From an uncultured Gaiellaceae bacterium (GTDB lineage Bacteria; Actinomycetota; Thermoleophilia; Gaiellales; Gaiellaceae), in assembly GCA_963723695.1 (NCBI GenBank), contig CAVRRU010000009.1, forward strand, positions 106,456 to 170,455: a DNA stretch of 64,000 nucleotides, written 5' to 3'. Position numbers and translations under genes: made by a program. Below, piece by piece: positions 17,956 to 26,044 of the stretch (position 1 is the first letter of the stretch; each line of letters opens with the position of its first letter). Under the pieces are notes generated by a model. That model searched no databases and was not told where the DNA came from. It saw nothing but the letters and a program-made list of their open reading frames with translations.

Positions 17956-19300
17956 CTGACCGTACGAAGAGCGCGCGGGCGGCCGCGTCCGCCTTCATGG
18001 GCAGCGTGCATGCAACCACGCGACCCCGACACGCACCCGACCAGCCCTTGAAGCGCCAGCCCTTGGTGGCCTTCGCGGTGAGTCGCAACGGCACGTAGGA
18101 CGGCACGAGCGTCGAGCACCGCCTGGGGCACGCGAGCGCGAGCCGAGACGCGCGTACGGTGCCGCGTCCGGCAACCGCAAGCTTCAGCCGCACGTTGATC
18201 GGCGCGAAGAGCACGGACACGTTCGTTGCACGGGACAGGCTCACCGAGCATTCGAACACTGCTCCGCAGCCCGCTCCCCACGAGATGAGCTTCGCGTCCG
18301 GCGCGGGTTCTCCGGTGAGCTTGACGCTGGTGTTCGCGTTCCACGCGGTGGTGCAGCTTTCGGTGCACCGCAGGCCCGGGAGGTCGGCGGTGACCGTTCC
18401 CCGCCCGGTGAGCGCGAGTTGCAGTGGCACCTGCCGATCGAGCTGCACGAGCCATGGCGAGTCCCGCACGTCGAGTTGCGAGCCCGCGTGGGCGTAGTAG
18501 TCGTCGCGAGCGGAGTCGAGGCTCAGGCCGCTGATGGGCGTCTCGTCCCCGAACGGATACATCATGTCGTAGGAGTCGTCGCACACGTGGCCGTCGTGCG
18601 GTAGCGGGCAGTCGTGGGGTGCGCCGACTGGCACGGCGCCGAGCGTGTGCAGTAACTCATGAGTCGAGGTCGTGGTCGGTGGAACGCCGGCGCACGCGCG
18701 GACGTACACGATCGCGTATCCGTATCCGTCCTCGTGGCTGCCGCCTTGCCCGCAGATGTCCGGGTGGCTCGGTCCGTCGTAGTACACGACGTACTTCGTA
18801 TGACGGGACGAGAAGCCGAGCGCGACGAGCGCTTCTGCGATCCGCACGAAGCGCGTGTCGTCATCGGCGAGCTCGGCTCCGCTCTGTGAGAGTCGAATCT
18901 GCGTGAGGTCCAGCTGGGGACCACAGGAGAGCTGCGTGAGGTCGTTCCGCGGTGTCCGAGTCCCATCCTGCGACCGCCACCACGCGTCGATCGACTCCGC
19001 GTCGGTCTGCATCGCGCTCGCGTACGTTACGAAGCTGTCTGCACCGTCGAACGGTGTCACGTAGATCCAGTGAGCGGCGTAGCCGGCAATGGCATTCGGC
19101 GTCACGTCGACCTGCGACGGCGTGCCGCACCATGCAACGGACGTCCTCGAGCGTGCGGGCTCGGACGCGCCGGCGATCCCCGGGGCTCGTGTCGCGCGCG
19201 TAAGGGAGTGGACGCTCCACCCGCGGTCGGGCAGTTGCTCGCCTCCAGCGCTTGCGACGGCGACCGCGATCACCGCTACGACAAAGCTTCTCCTGACCAT
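17951..19300 (-). CDS. secreted HExxH zinc metalloprotease-like protein with two Cys-rich C-terminal repeat domains
   Basis: Signal peptide MVRRSFVVAVIAVAVASA. THELLHTLGAV (HExxH). Two C-terminal repeats of the pattern G.GTV...C...C....GW.G.C.G...C resemble divergent InlB B-repeat domains. Confidence 0.6.
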   Translation of the reverse strand: MVRRSFVVAVIAVAVASAGGEQLPDRGWSVHSLTRATRAPGIAGASEPARSRTSVAWCGTPSQVDVTPNAIAGYAAHWIYVTPFDGADSFVTYASAMQTDAESIDAWWRSQDGTRTPRNDLTQLSCGPQLDLTQIRLSQSGAELADDDTRFVRIAEALVALGFSSRHTKYVVYYDGPSHPDICGQGGSHEDGYGYAIVYVRACAGVPPTTTSTHELLHTLGAVPVGAPHDCPLPHDGHVCDDSYDMMYPFGDETPISGLSLDSARDDYYAHAGSQLDVRDSPWLVQLDRQVPLQLALTGRGTVTADLPGLRCTESCTTAWNANTSVKLTGEPAPDAKLISWGAGCGAVFECSVSLSRATNVSVLFAPINVRLKLAVAGRGTVRASRLALACPRRCSTLVPSYVPLRLTAKATKGWRFKGWSGACRGRVVACTLPMKADAAARALFVRSA

Positions 19301-19307
19301 GGAGGAC

Positions 19308-19340
19308 AGCGTGCTCGTCCTCCCTCAAGAATCGCTCAAG
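19308..19340 (-). promoter_or_regulatory. SARP-type promoter: TTGAGCG-N4-TTGAGGG, 8 bp, -10 CACGCT; leaderless geometry
   Basis: Heptamers at 19333-19339 and 19322-19328, hexamer at 19308-19313. The A of ATG 19300 lies 8 nt after the hexamer. Confidence 0.55.
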
Positions 19341-19722
19341 CCTCGACGAACTGGATCGCTGCTCGGCTCGAGATGATCAGGCGGCCGCCGTCGTACCAGC
19401 GTCCGGAGAAGTCATGCCAGCCCGCAGCAAGGCCGTTGGGAAACTCCGCAATGTTTGACTTCCGTACCGGCACACCGGCCTCGGTCTGCACATCGGTGAG
19501 CATCGAGATGGCCTTGCCGTCCACGTCGAGCTCGAACCGTGTGCTGGCATCGTCCAGACGCACGCCGTCGTCGGGCTCGGCCGCGAACCCGTAGCCGACC
19601 CAGAAGCTCGTCTCGGCGGCGTGCATCGTCGGCGTCGCTCCTCCGGGGAAGATCCCGATCCGTCCCTCCTTCTCCGCCATTCCGTCCGACGGCGAGACGG
19701 TGAAGACCACGAGTGCAGCCAT
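19336..19722 (-). CDS. hypothetical small protein
   Basis: 128-aa ORF. Strong RBS AAGGAGG 5 nt before ATG 19722. No recognisable domain. Confidence 0.6.
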   Translation of the reverse strand: MAALVVFTVSPSDGMAEKEGRIGIFPGGATPTMHAAETSFWVGYGFAAEPDDGVRLDDASTRFELDVDGKAISMLTDVQTEAGVPVRKSNIAEFPNGLAAGWHDFSGRWYDGGRLIISSRAAIQFVEA

Positions 19723-19754
19723 GACGACCTCCTTGGTGGGTTACCCATCGCCGC

Positions 19755-19787
19755 AGCGTGCCCGCGATAGCTCAAGCTCGGCTCAAA
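19755..19787 (-). promoter_or_regulatory. SARP-type promoter: TTGAGCC-N4-TTGAGCT, 8 bp, -10 CACGCT
   Basis: Heptamers at 19780-19786 and 19769-19775, hexamer at 19755-19760. Upstream of the gene starting at 19722, in the divergent intergenic region shared with the SARP-cyclase gene. Confidence 0.5.
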
Positions 19788-19854
19788 GCGGGGATGGAAA
19801 TTCGGCGTGCCCCGTGAGAAAGTGCGAACCGCACAAGCACCGAGGGGAAGTCGG

Positions 19855-22800
19855 ATGGACGGAGCGAGTCGGGCAGGCACCCAAGCGCTCGACGTACGCC
19901 TTCTCGGCCCAATCGAGGTCGAGCGAGGCGGCGTTCCTGCGGCGCTCGGAGGCCAGAAGCCGCGTGCGCTCCTGACTGTTCTCGCACTCGAGCCGGGTCG
20001 CGTCGTGTCGGTCGACCGGCTCGTCGAGTCGCTTTGGCCGGGCGAGCCGCCGGAGACGGCCTCGCATGCCGTCCAGGTCTACGTCTCCCAGCTGCGCAAG
20101 GCGCTCGGCCCGAAAACGCTCGTCACGCAAGCGCCGGGCTACGTCCTCGAGCTCCAGGCCGACGGCGTCGACGTCCATCGCTTCTTGCGCCTTGCCCAGG
20201 AAGGAAGCGCGGCCCTCGAGTCGGGCGAGGCGGCAGCGGCCGAAGTCGCGCTCCGCGAAGCGCTGGCCTTGTGGCGCGGGCCTGCACTCGCGGACTTCCT
20301 CTACGAGCCGTTCGCCCAGACGCACATCGCTCGTCTCGAGGAGCTACGCACAGTCGTCGTCGAGGAGCGGATCGAGGCAGACCTGGCCCTCGGGCGTCAC
20401 GCCGAGCTCGTCGCCGAGCTCGAGGCGCTCGTTCAGGCGGAGCGGCTTCGCGAGCGTCCGCGAGCGCAGCTCATGCTTGCGCTTTACCGGTCCGGCCGGC
20501 AGGCCGATGCGCTCGCCGCGTATCGCGATGCGCGCGAGACGCTCGTCGACGAGCTCGGCATCGAGCCGGGCCACGAGCTCAGGGGGCTCGAGGCCGCGAT
20601 CCTGCGGCAGGACGAGTCGCTGCTGCTCGAGGAGGTCCCGCTCGCGAAGTCGGCGATGCAGTTCCGACGGCTCGTCACGATTCTCTTCGTTGACGTCGTC
20701 GAGTCGATGTCGATTGCGGAGGCGCTCGACGCCGAGGCCCTCAGTCTCGTCCTGCGCCGGTACTTCGAGACCGTCTCTGCGGCGATTACGCGACACGGAG
20801 GAGCGATCGAGAAGTACGCCGGAGACTCCGTCATGGCGGCCTTCGGTATTCCGGTTTCGCACGAGGACGACGCGCTCCGCGCCGCCCGCAGTGCGCTCGA
20901 CATCCGGGCCGGGGTTGCCGCACTGAACGAACAACTCATGCGCGAGTACGGGATGGGACTCGATGTTCGGATCGGGTTCGAGGCGGGGGAGGTCGTCGCC
21001 ACGCCCACAGAAGCGCGGCAGCGGCTCGTCGCCGGCGAGGCGGTCGGGATCGCCTCACGGCTCGAGCAGGCGGCGGGCTCCCACGAGATCCTCGTCGGCG
21101 AGCTCGCCGGTCGACTGATCGACCACGCAGCGGTGCTCGACCCCCTCGGCGAGCTCGACATCAAAGGGAGGCGCCAGCCCGTCCGTGCGTACCGGCTGCT
21201 GGAGCTCACGCCTGTTGCGCCCGCATTCGAAGCGCGGAACGAGGCGCCGCTCGTCGGTCGCAAGCGAGAGCTTGCGGCCCTGCGTAAGGCGCTCAAGCGT
21301 GCGACCGACGCGGGCAGCGTTCATGTCGCCCTGGTCACGGGGCCGCCCGGCGTCGGAAAGTCGCGCCTCGCTGCCGAGCTCACCCGCCGCGCGAAGGGCG
21401 TGACGACACTCTGGGGCCGGTGTCTCTCGTACGGCGAAGGCATCACCTACTGGCCCCTTCGCGAGGTCGTTGCCCAGGCGCCCGAAAGCGGTGCGCGCGA
21501 CGCATTCATCGCTGCGCTGGATGCCGGGACGCCTCCGCCTGCGCCAGAGATCGCGCTCCTGTTCCGGCAGTTCTGCAGCGCTCTTGCGCACGAGAAGCCG
21601 CTCGTTCTCGCCCTCGACGACGTCCACTGGGCCGAGCCCACGCTGCTCGAGTTGGTCGAGCAGCTCGCCGCTAAGGGCACCGGGCCGGCGCTCGTCGTAT
21701 GCGTCGCCCGCGAAGAGCTCCTCGACGAGCGGACGGGGTTCCTCGACGGGCAGAGCAACGTCGCCCGGATCGGTCTCGACGCGCTCTCCGGCGAGGAAGC
21801 GGATGCGCTCATCGACGGCCTTGGTGGCACAGTCCTCGAGTCCGATCAACGCGCGCGGGTCGCGTCGGCGGCGGAGGGTAATCCCTTCTTCCTCGAACAG
21901 CTGCTCGCCCTCGCGCTCGAAGGTGGGCTCGGCACGGGGACGATCCCCGAGACCGTGCAGGCGCTCCTAGCAGCCCGCCTCGACCGGCTCGGCCCCGGCG
22001 AGCGCGCGGTGCTCGAGCGAGGGGCCGTGATCGGGAAGGAGTTCAGGCTCGACGACGTCGTCGCCCTCCTCGAGCCTGACGCTGCGCCGACGACCGAGGT
22101 GCACATGAACGCGCTCGCCGCTCGGGGCTTCCTCCGGCCGGCTGCGCCGGGAGAGTTCCGTTTTCGGCATGTCCTCGTCCAGCAAGCCGTGTATCGCGCC
22201 GCCCCTAAGCGATTGCGCGCTGAGCTGCACGAGCGCTACGCGGATCGACTTGATACCGAATCGCCGGATCTCCCCGATCTCGACGAGTTCGTCGGCTACC
22301 ACCTCGAGGGAGCGTACTTCCTCCGGACTGAGCTATCCGGGTCAGATCGACGCACCCAGCGGCTGGCTGAGGATGGGGGAAAACGGCTGCGATCGGCGGG
22401 AATGCGGGCACTTCGCCGCGGTGACATGCCCGCGGCGAGTGCCGTGCTCAGGCGGTCATCACAGCTTCTTCCCGCTGACGACGCGGCACGGCGCGAGGTC
22501 GTGTGCGATCTCGCGCTCTCGTACTACGCGCAGCACGAGACGGAACGTGCGATCGCTCTGCTCGAGAGCTTGCTCGAGGAACCTGTCTCACCAGCGACTG
22601 CGAACACGCGAGCCCGCGCACGTACCGAGCTCGAGTTCATTCGTCTTCGCAATGAAGTCGGTCGGACGGCTGACGCCCTGCTCGAAGCGATCGAAAGCGG
22701 CATTCCCATCTTCGAGCGTCTCCGCGACGATCGAGCGCTTGGTAGAGCGTTGCTGCTGTCCGGTTGGGTCCATGGCGGCCGCCGAGGAAGAAATGCCGCT

Positions 22801-23616
22801 TGGACAGCCGATGCAGAAAGAGCACTGGAGCACTACGAATCGGCCGGCTGGCCGCTCTCGCTTTGTTTGGGCCAGATCGCGATCTCGCTCTACTGGGGCC
22901 CTACACCCGTCGCGGACGCCATGACGCGCATCGAGACCCTTCGCGATCGGGTAGAAACCGATCTTCAGGGCACCGCGAACCTGGACACGTTCCTGGGCGG
23001 GCTCGTTGCCCAGCTCGGCGACTTCGAGCGGGCCCGCGAGGTGGTCGGCGGAGCGCGATCAGTTTTCGAGAGTCTCGGACTGCGAGCGCAGGCCCTCACA
23101 TACCCGGTCACCGTTCTCGGAGAGATCGAGCTCCTCGCCGGCAACGCGGCAAGTGCAGAGGCAGTCCTTCATGAACTCTGCGCGGACCTCGAGAGGTACG
23201 GAGAGTTCAGTCACCTTGCTAGTAGGGCGAGCGATCTCGCCGAGACTCTGTTCTTGCTCGACCGCATCGACGAAGCGGAGAAGTGGACCGGCGTCGCTCG
23301 AAGGTACGCGGCGCACGACGATGTCCAGGCGCAGATGATGTGGCGTCCCGTACAGGCGAGGATCGAGCTGCGCAAAGGCGCCGTCGATCTTGCCGATCGA
23401 CTCGCGCGAGAGGGTCTGTCCGTAGCCAATACGACCGACGATCTCAACCGGCGTGCCAAGGCATATGCCGCGCTCGGAACGGTTCTCCGTGCAACTGGGC
23501 GACAGGGGGCAGCCGAGAGCGCCTATCGGCAGGCGATCCATCTCTACGAGCAGAAGGGGAACGTGGCCGGCGTTGAGCAGCTCCGCATGCTCGACGCGAA
23601 GCTCGCTCGGGTCTGA
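19855..23616 (+). CDS. large multidomain regulator: SARP (wHTH+BTAD) - class III adenylate/guanylate cyclase - P-loop ATPase - TPR
   Basis: VRLLGPIEV and ALWRGPALADF (SARP/BTAD). VTILFVDVVESMS...EKYAGDSVMAAFG (cyclase, about 20670-21200). VALVTGPPGVGKSRL (about 21340). Long helical/TPR tail. ATG 19855 preferred over GTG 19807. Confidence 0.8.
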   Translation: MDGASRAGTQALDVRLLGPIEVERGGVPAALGGQKPRALLTVLALEPGRVVSVDRLVESLWPGEPPETASHAVQVYVSQLRKALGPKTLVTQAPGYVLELQADGVDVHRFLRLAQEGSAALESGEAAAAEVALREALALWRGPALADFLYEPFAQTHIARLEELRTVVVEERIEADLALGRHAELVAELEALVQAERLRERPRAQLMLALYRSGRQADALAAYRDARETLVDELGIEPGHELRGLEAAILRQDESLLLEEVPLAKSAMQFRRLVTILFVDVVESMSIAEALDAEALSLVLRRYFETVSAAITRHGGAIEKYAGDSVMAAFGIPVSHEDDALRAARSALDIRAGVAALNEQLMREYGMGLDVRIGFEAGEVVATPTEARQRLVAGEAVGIASRLEQAAGSHEILVGELAGRLIDHAAVLDPLGELDIKGRRQPVRAYRLLELTPVAPAFEARNEAPLVGRKRELAALRKALKRATDAGSVHVALVTGPPGVGKSRLAAELTRRAKGVTTLWGRCLSYGEGITYWPLREVVAQAPESGARDAFIAALDAGTPPPAPEIALLFRQFCSALAHEKPLVLALDDVHWAEPTLLELVEQLAAKGTGPALVVCVAREELLDERTGFLDGQSNVARIGLDALSGEEADALIDGLGGTVLESDQRARVASAAEGNPFFLEQLLALALEGGLGTGTIPETVQALLAARLDRLGPGERAVLERGAVIGKEFRLDDVVALLEPDAAPTTEVHMNALAARGFLRPAAPGEFRFRHVLVQQAVYRAAPKRLRAELHERYADRLDTESPDLPDLDEFVGYHLEGAYFLRTELSGSDRRTQRLAEDGGKRLRSAGMRALRRGDMPAASAVLRRSSQLLPADDAARREVVCDLALSYYAQHETERAIALLESLLEEPVSPATANTRARARTELEFIRLRNEVGRTADALLEAIESGIPIFERLRDDRALGRALLLSGWVHGGRRGRNAAWTADAERALEHYESAGWPLSLCLGQIAISLYWGPTPVADAMTRIETLRDRVETDLQGTANLDTFLGGLVAQLGDFERAREVVGGARSVFESLGLRAQALTYPVTVLGEIELLAGNAASAEAVLHELCADLERYGEFSHLASRASDLAETLFLLDRIDEAEKWTGVARRYAAHDDVQAQMMWRPVQARIELRKGAVDLADRLAREGLSVANTTDDLNRRAKAYAALGTVLRATGRQGAAESAYRQAIHLYEQKGNVAGVEQLRMLDAKLARV

Positions 23617-23671
23617 CGAACGAGCAAGGCCCGCCTCGCGACGAGCCTTGCGCATCGAGATAGGGCCGTAT

Positions 23672-23785
23672 CTAGCCGACTCCAGGGCTGCCGCCGTCCG
23701 CATATGCGACGAGCGGTGCCGCGAGCGCGAGCAGACCGACTGCGAGCACGACGAGCGTGCGGTGCAGTGAGGTGACCTGGCGCAT
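23672..23785 (-). CDS. unlisted 37-aa hydrophobic peptide (MRQVTSLHRTLVVLAVGLLALAAPLVAYADGGSPGVG)
   Basis: Below the ORF-track cutoff. GGGAGGGA RBS 4 nt before ATG 23785. Signal-peptide/TM-like core. TAG at 23672-23674. Confidence 0.45.
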   Translation of the reverse strand: MRQVTSLHRTLVVLAVGLLALAAPLVAYADGGSPGVG

Positions 23786-23955
23786 CGTTCCCTCCCTTCC
23801 GAGGTGATCGAGTTCCTCCGATCACGCTCGGGGAGGGCGCTAATCGCATAGCCACAATTCGCTAACCAGCTGCAAACAGCAATTGGTCGAGACAGACGGA
23901 AAAGGTGCGCGCGCCAATACGCTCGACAATTCACGTGCGATTTCGGTGCCGTGGT

Positions 23956-24108
23956 CTACGCGGCTGCCGCTGCAGGAGCATCGCGCGGAACGAGCTCGCG
24001 ACGCCACTTCGGCGGGCACTCCTCTGCCCGGAAGGCCTCGACGACGGCGAGGTATCGCTCGACCTCCTGGATCAGTCGCATTGGGTCGATGTTGGCTAGA
24101 CGTTCCAT
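23956..24108 (-). CDS. unlisted 50-aa ORF (MERLANIDPMRLIQEVERYLAVVEAFRAEECPPKWRRELVPRDAPAAAAA)
   Basis: Below the ORF-track cutoff. Good GC3. ATG 24108 lies 7 nt after the -10-like hexamer of a SARP-type promoter (leaderless geometry, same as the 19300 gene). Confidence 0.4.
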   Translation of the reverse strand: MERLANIDPMRLIQEVERYLAVVEAFRAEECPPKWRRELVPRDAPAAAAA

Positions 24109-24114
24109 GGCGTC

Positions 24115-24147
24115 ATGGTCGTCCGTGTTTCTCAAGATCCGCTCAAG
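24115..24147 (-). promoter_or_regulatory. SARP-type promoter: TTGAGCG-N4-TTGAGAA, 8 bp, -10 GACCAT
   Basis: Heptamers at 24140-24146 and 24129-24135, hexamer at 24115-24120. Sits between the deacetylase stop (24155) and the 50-aa ORF. Confidence 0.5.
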
Positions 24148-24154
24148 TCAGCAG

Positions 24155-24913
24155 CTAGCTATCGAGCTTGTCCGCAAGGCCGTCGACGCCATCACTTCCG
24201 CCAACGCGAACGCGGCGCAGCTCGTACGGCTCGTCCGGCCTCGCGAGTCCCTCCACAGTCGTCGTCGCGCCGAGATAGCCGGCGCGGCGGACTGCGCGGA
24301 TTACGCTCGAGTCGTACCTGCCAGCCGGATAGCAGATGAAGTCGACAGGCACTCCGAAGCGGGACCGGAGTATCGCTCTCGAGCGCGTCACTTCGCGCCT
24401 GAGTGTGGGTTCATCGAGGCTTGTGAGATCCGGGTGAGTGAGCGTGTGCGACGCGAGCTCCCAGCCTGCTGCAATGAGCATCCGCACTCTGTATTGGCTC
24501 AGCCCGCCCGAAACGCGAAGATTCTTGACCGTCAGGTTGAGGACTCCCGGCCACGATCTCTTCTGCATGTGGGGCAGCGCTGCCTCGGCGACGCTGCGGT
24601 ATCCGTCGTCGAACGAGATGACGATGGGCTTCGCAGGCAACGCGCTGCCCCGGTGCCAGTGATTCCAGAGGTCGCGTTGCGTCACTGCCGTGTATCCGTG
24701 GCGCGCAAGCCATTTCATCTGACCTGCGAAGTCGGGCTCACTGACATAGAGGTCCGGGTACGGAGCGCCCGCCGGCGCATCGGCGATTACGTGGTACATG
24801 AGGATCGGGACCGGGGTGGCGGAGTGGGACGCGTTGGTTGCGGACTGGCCGCATGCGGCGAAGACGAGGGCGGCGACGAGCGCCGCGGCTGAGGTGATGC
24901 GTGAGGTAGTCAT
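24155..24913 (-). CDS. secreted polysaccharide deacetylase (NodB homology domain)
   Basis: Lipoprotein-like signal MTTSRITSAAALVAALVFAACG. ISFDDGYRS, ASHTLTHPDL, ICYPAGRY motifs. ATG 24913 preferred over TTG 24940. Confidence 0.8.
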   Translation of the reverse strand: MTTSRITSAAALVAALVFAACGQSATNASHSATPVPILMYHVIADAPAGAPYPDLYVSEPDFAGQMKWLARHGYTAVTQRDLWNHWHRGSALPAKPIVISFDDGYRSVAEAALPHMQKRSWPGVLNLTVKNLRVSGGLSQYRVRMLIAAGWELASHTLTHPDLTSLDEPTLRREVTRSRAILRSRFGVPVDFICYPAGRYDSSVIRAVRRAGYLGATTTVEGLARPDEPYELRRVRVGGSDGVDGLADKLDS

Positions 24914-24978
24914 GGCCCGCACGGTCGGAGGGGCCTCCAACCGGCCGGCAACGGGCTGCCAACGTCTCGCTAACTGCC
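24885..24978 (-). repeat. copy A of a 94-nt duplicated leader plus signal-peptide start (about 87% identical to 25908-26001)
   Basis: Ungapped alignment by eye. Includes the conserved hairpin CGGTTGGAG-NCCC-CTCCGACCG (24922-24943, minus-strand sense) and GTTAGCGAG (24968-24976). Confidence 0.8.
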
Positions 24979-24979
24979 A

Positions 24980-25936
24980 CTACAGGTCGAGTGGGAAGTA
25001 CGCGCGGGTGGTGTTGTTTCGGGTGTCGAGTGCGACGATCTCGATGACGTACGAGCTGCGGCGGAGCTCGCTCAGCTCGCCGGCGCGGTTCAGGTGGAGC
25101 CGGTAACGGCCGGGCTCGCGTACGTGGTTCTGCGTGGTTCCGTCCGCCCAGATCGAGTCGAACTCGGACGCGGAAGGGATCGTCTGGCGGAAGTCGACAG
25201 CGTTCCTCCACGGAAGGAGCGGCCTGCGGTCTTTGCTCAGGAGCCGCCAGCGGACGAGCGCGGGCATGACCGGCAGGTCGTGCCAGGGGCGCGGGACGGC
25301 CAGCGGGGTTTCGTCGTACGCCTCGGCCACCAGCATCGTGTCCTCGATTGAGAGCGATCGCACGCTTGGCGAGGTGTTGTCGGCATACGGGCCGAGCGCG
25401 CCGCCTCGGAGCGGGTTCAGGTACCGGCCGTGGCGACGCTCGGAGAAGTGGACGTGTCCGTAGGGCGCCTCGATGTGGCCGACGACTGTCTTGTACGCGA
25501 CCACGCGCTGGCCTCCCCGGATGACGGGGACGACGTGCCAGTAGCTGAACTCGACACCTGAGTCGGCGACGACCAGGATCGTCGTCGGATGCAGTGGATG
25601 GATGTACGCCCGCCCCGTCAGAGTTGCGTAGACGGGCGCGCCGTTGGGAGCGGAGATGTCGACGCCGAAGTGGAACTGGCGGGACTCGCCGTGGTTGGCG
25701 ACCCGCGGATCGCCGAAAAAGCCGCGGACGGGGTGCTGTCGACGGAACGGCTTGACGGGCCATGCATACGCGTACTTCTCGGTCGACGCTCGCGTTCTCG
25801 GAGCTGGCAGCACAGTGCCTGTTGAGATCTGCCGGCTCGACGCATTGGCTGCGTTGCCCCCGACGCCTGCGCTCGCAGCTGCGAGGGCGAGTGCGGTGAT
25901 TGCCACCGCGGCTTGAGTGATGCGTGAGGTAGTCAT
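24980..25936 (-). CDS. secreted M23/LytM family peptidase
   Basis: Signal MTTSRITQAAVAITALALAAASA. HFGVDISAPNGAPVYA and GHVHFSE are M23 zinc-site motifs. ATG 25936 preferred over GTG 25975. Confidence 0.8.
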   Translation of the reverse strand: MTTSRITQAAVAITALALAAASAGVGGNAANASSRQISTGTVLPAPRTRASTEKYAYAWPVKPFRRQHPVRGFFGDPRVANHGESRQFHFGVDISAPNGAPVYATLTGRAYIHPLHPTTILVVADSGVEFSYWHVVPVIRGGQRVVAYKTVVGHIEAPYGHVHFSERRHGRYLNPLRGGALGPYADNTSPSVRSLSIEDTMLVAEAYDETPLAVPRPWHDLPVMPALVRWRLLSKDRRPLLPWRNAVDFRQTIPSASEFDSIWADGTTQNHVREPGRYRLHLNRAGELSELRRSSYVIEIVALDTRNNTTRAYFPLDL

Positions 25937-26001
25937 GACCGGCACGGTCGGAGGGGTCTCCAACCGGCCGGCCACCGCCTGACAACGGCTCGCTAACCGC
26001 G
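25908..26001 (-). repeat. copy B of the duplicated leader plus signal-peptide start
   Basis: See copy A. Hairpin at 25945-25966, GTTAGCGAG at 25991-25999. Confidence 0.8.
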
Positions 26002-26002
26002 T

Positions 26003-26035
26003 CTTGAGCGGGTCTTGAGCGCATTCGAGTGATCT
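26003..26035 (+). promoter_or_regulatory. three tandem heptamers (TTGAGCG, TTGAGCG, TCGAGTG; 11-bp phase) plus -10-like TGATCT upstream of the SARP-SIR2 gene
   Basis: Heptamers at 26004-26010, 26015-26021 and 26025-26031. TGATCT at 26030-26035 lies 8 bp after the second heptamer and 9 nt before ATG 26045 (leaderless geometry). Confidence 0.55.
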
Positions 26036-26044
26036 GTGTCCCGG

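Noticed and set aside
19377-19880. Alternative 167-aa minus-strand ORF overlapping the 19336..19722 gene
   Set aside because: Arg/Ser/Pro-rich frame without an RBS. The 19336..19722 frame has AAGGAGG 5 nt before its ATG and better codon bias.
23059-23934. 291-aa minus-strand ORF
   Set aside because: Mostly antisense to the 3' end of the SARP-cyclase gene with poor composition. The only convincing minus-strand coding in its 5' part is the separate 37-aa peptide, in another frame.
24914-24978. c-di-AMP (ydaO-type) or other known riboswitch upstream of the cell-wall hydrolase genes
   Set aside because: The leader is only about 65 nt with a single 9-bp hairpin, far too short for ydaO-type architecture. 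It is reported as an unclassified leader instead.
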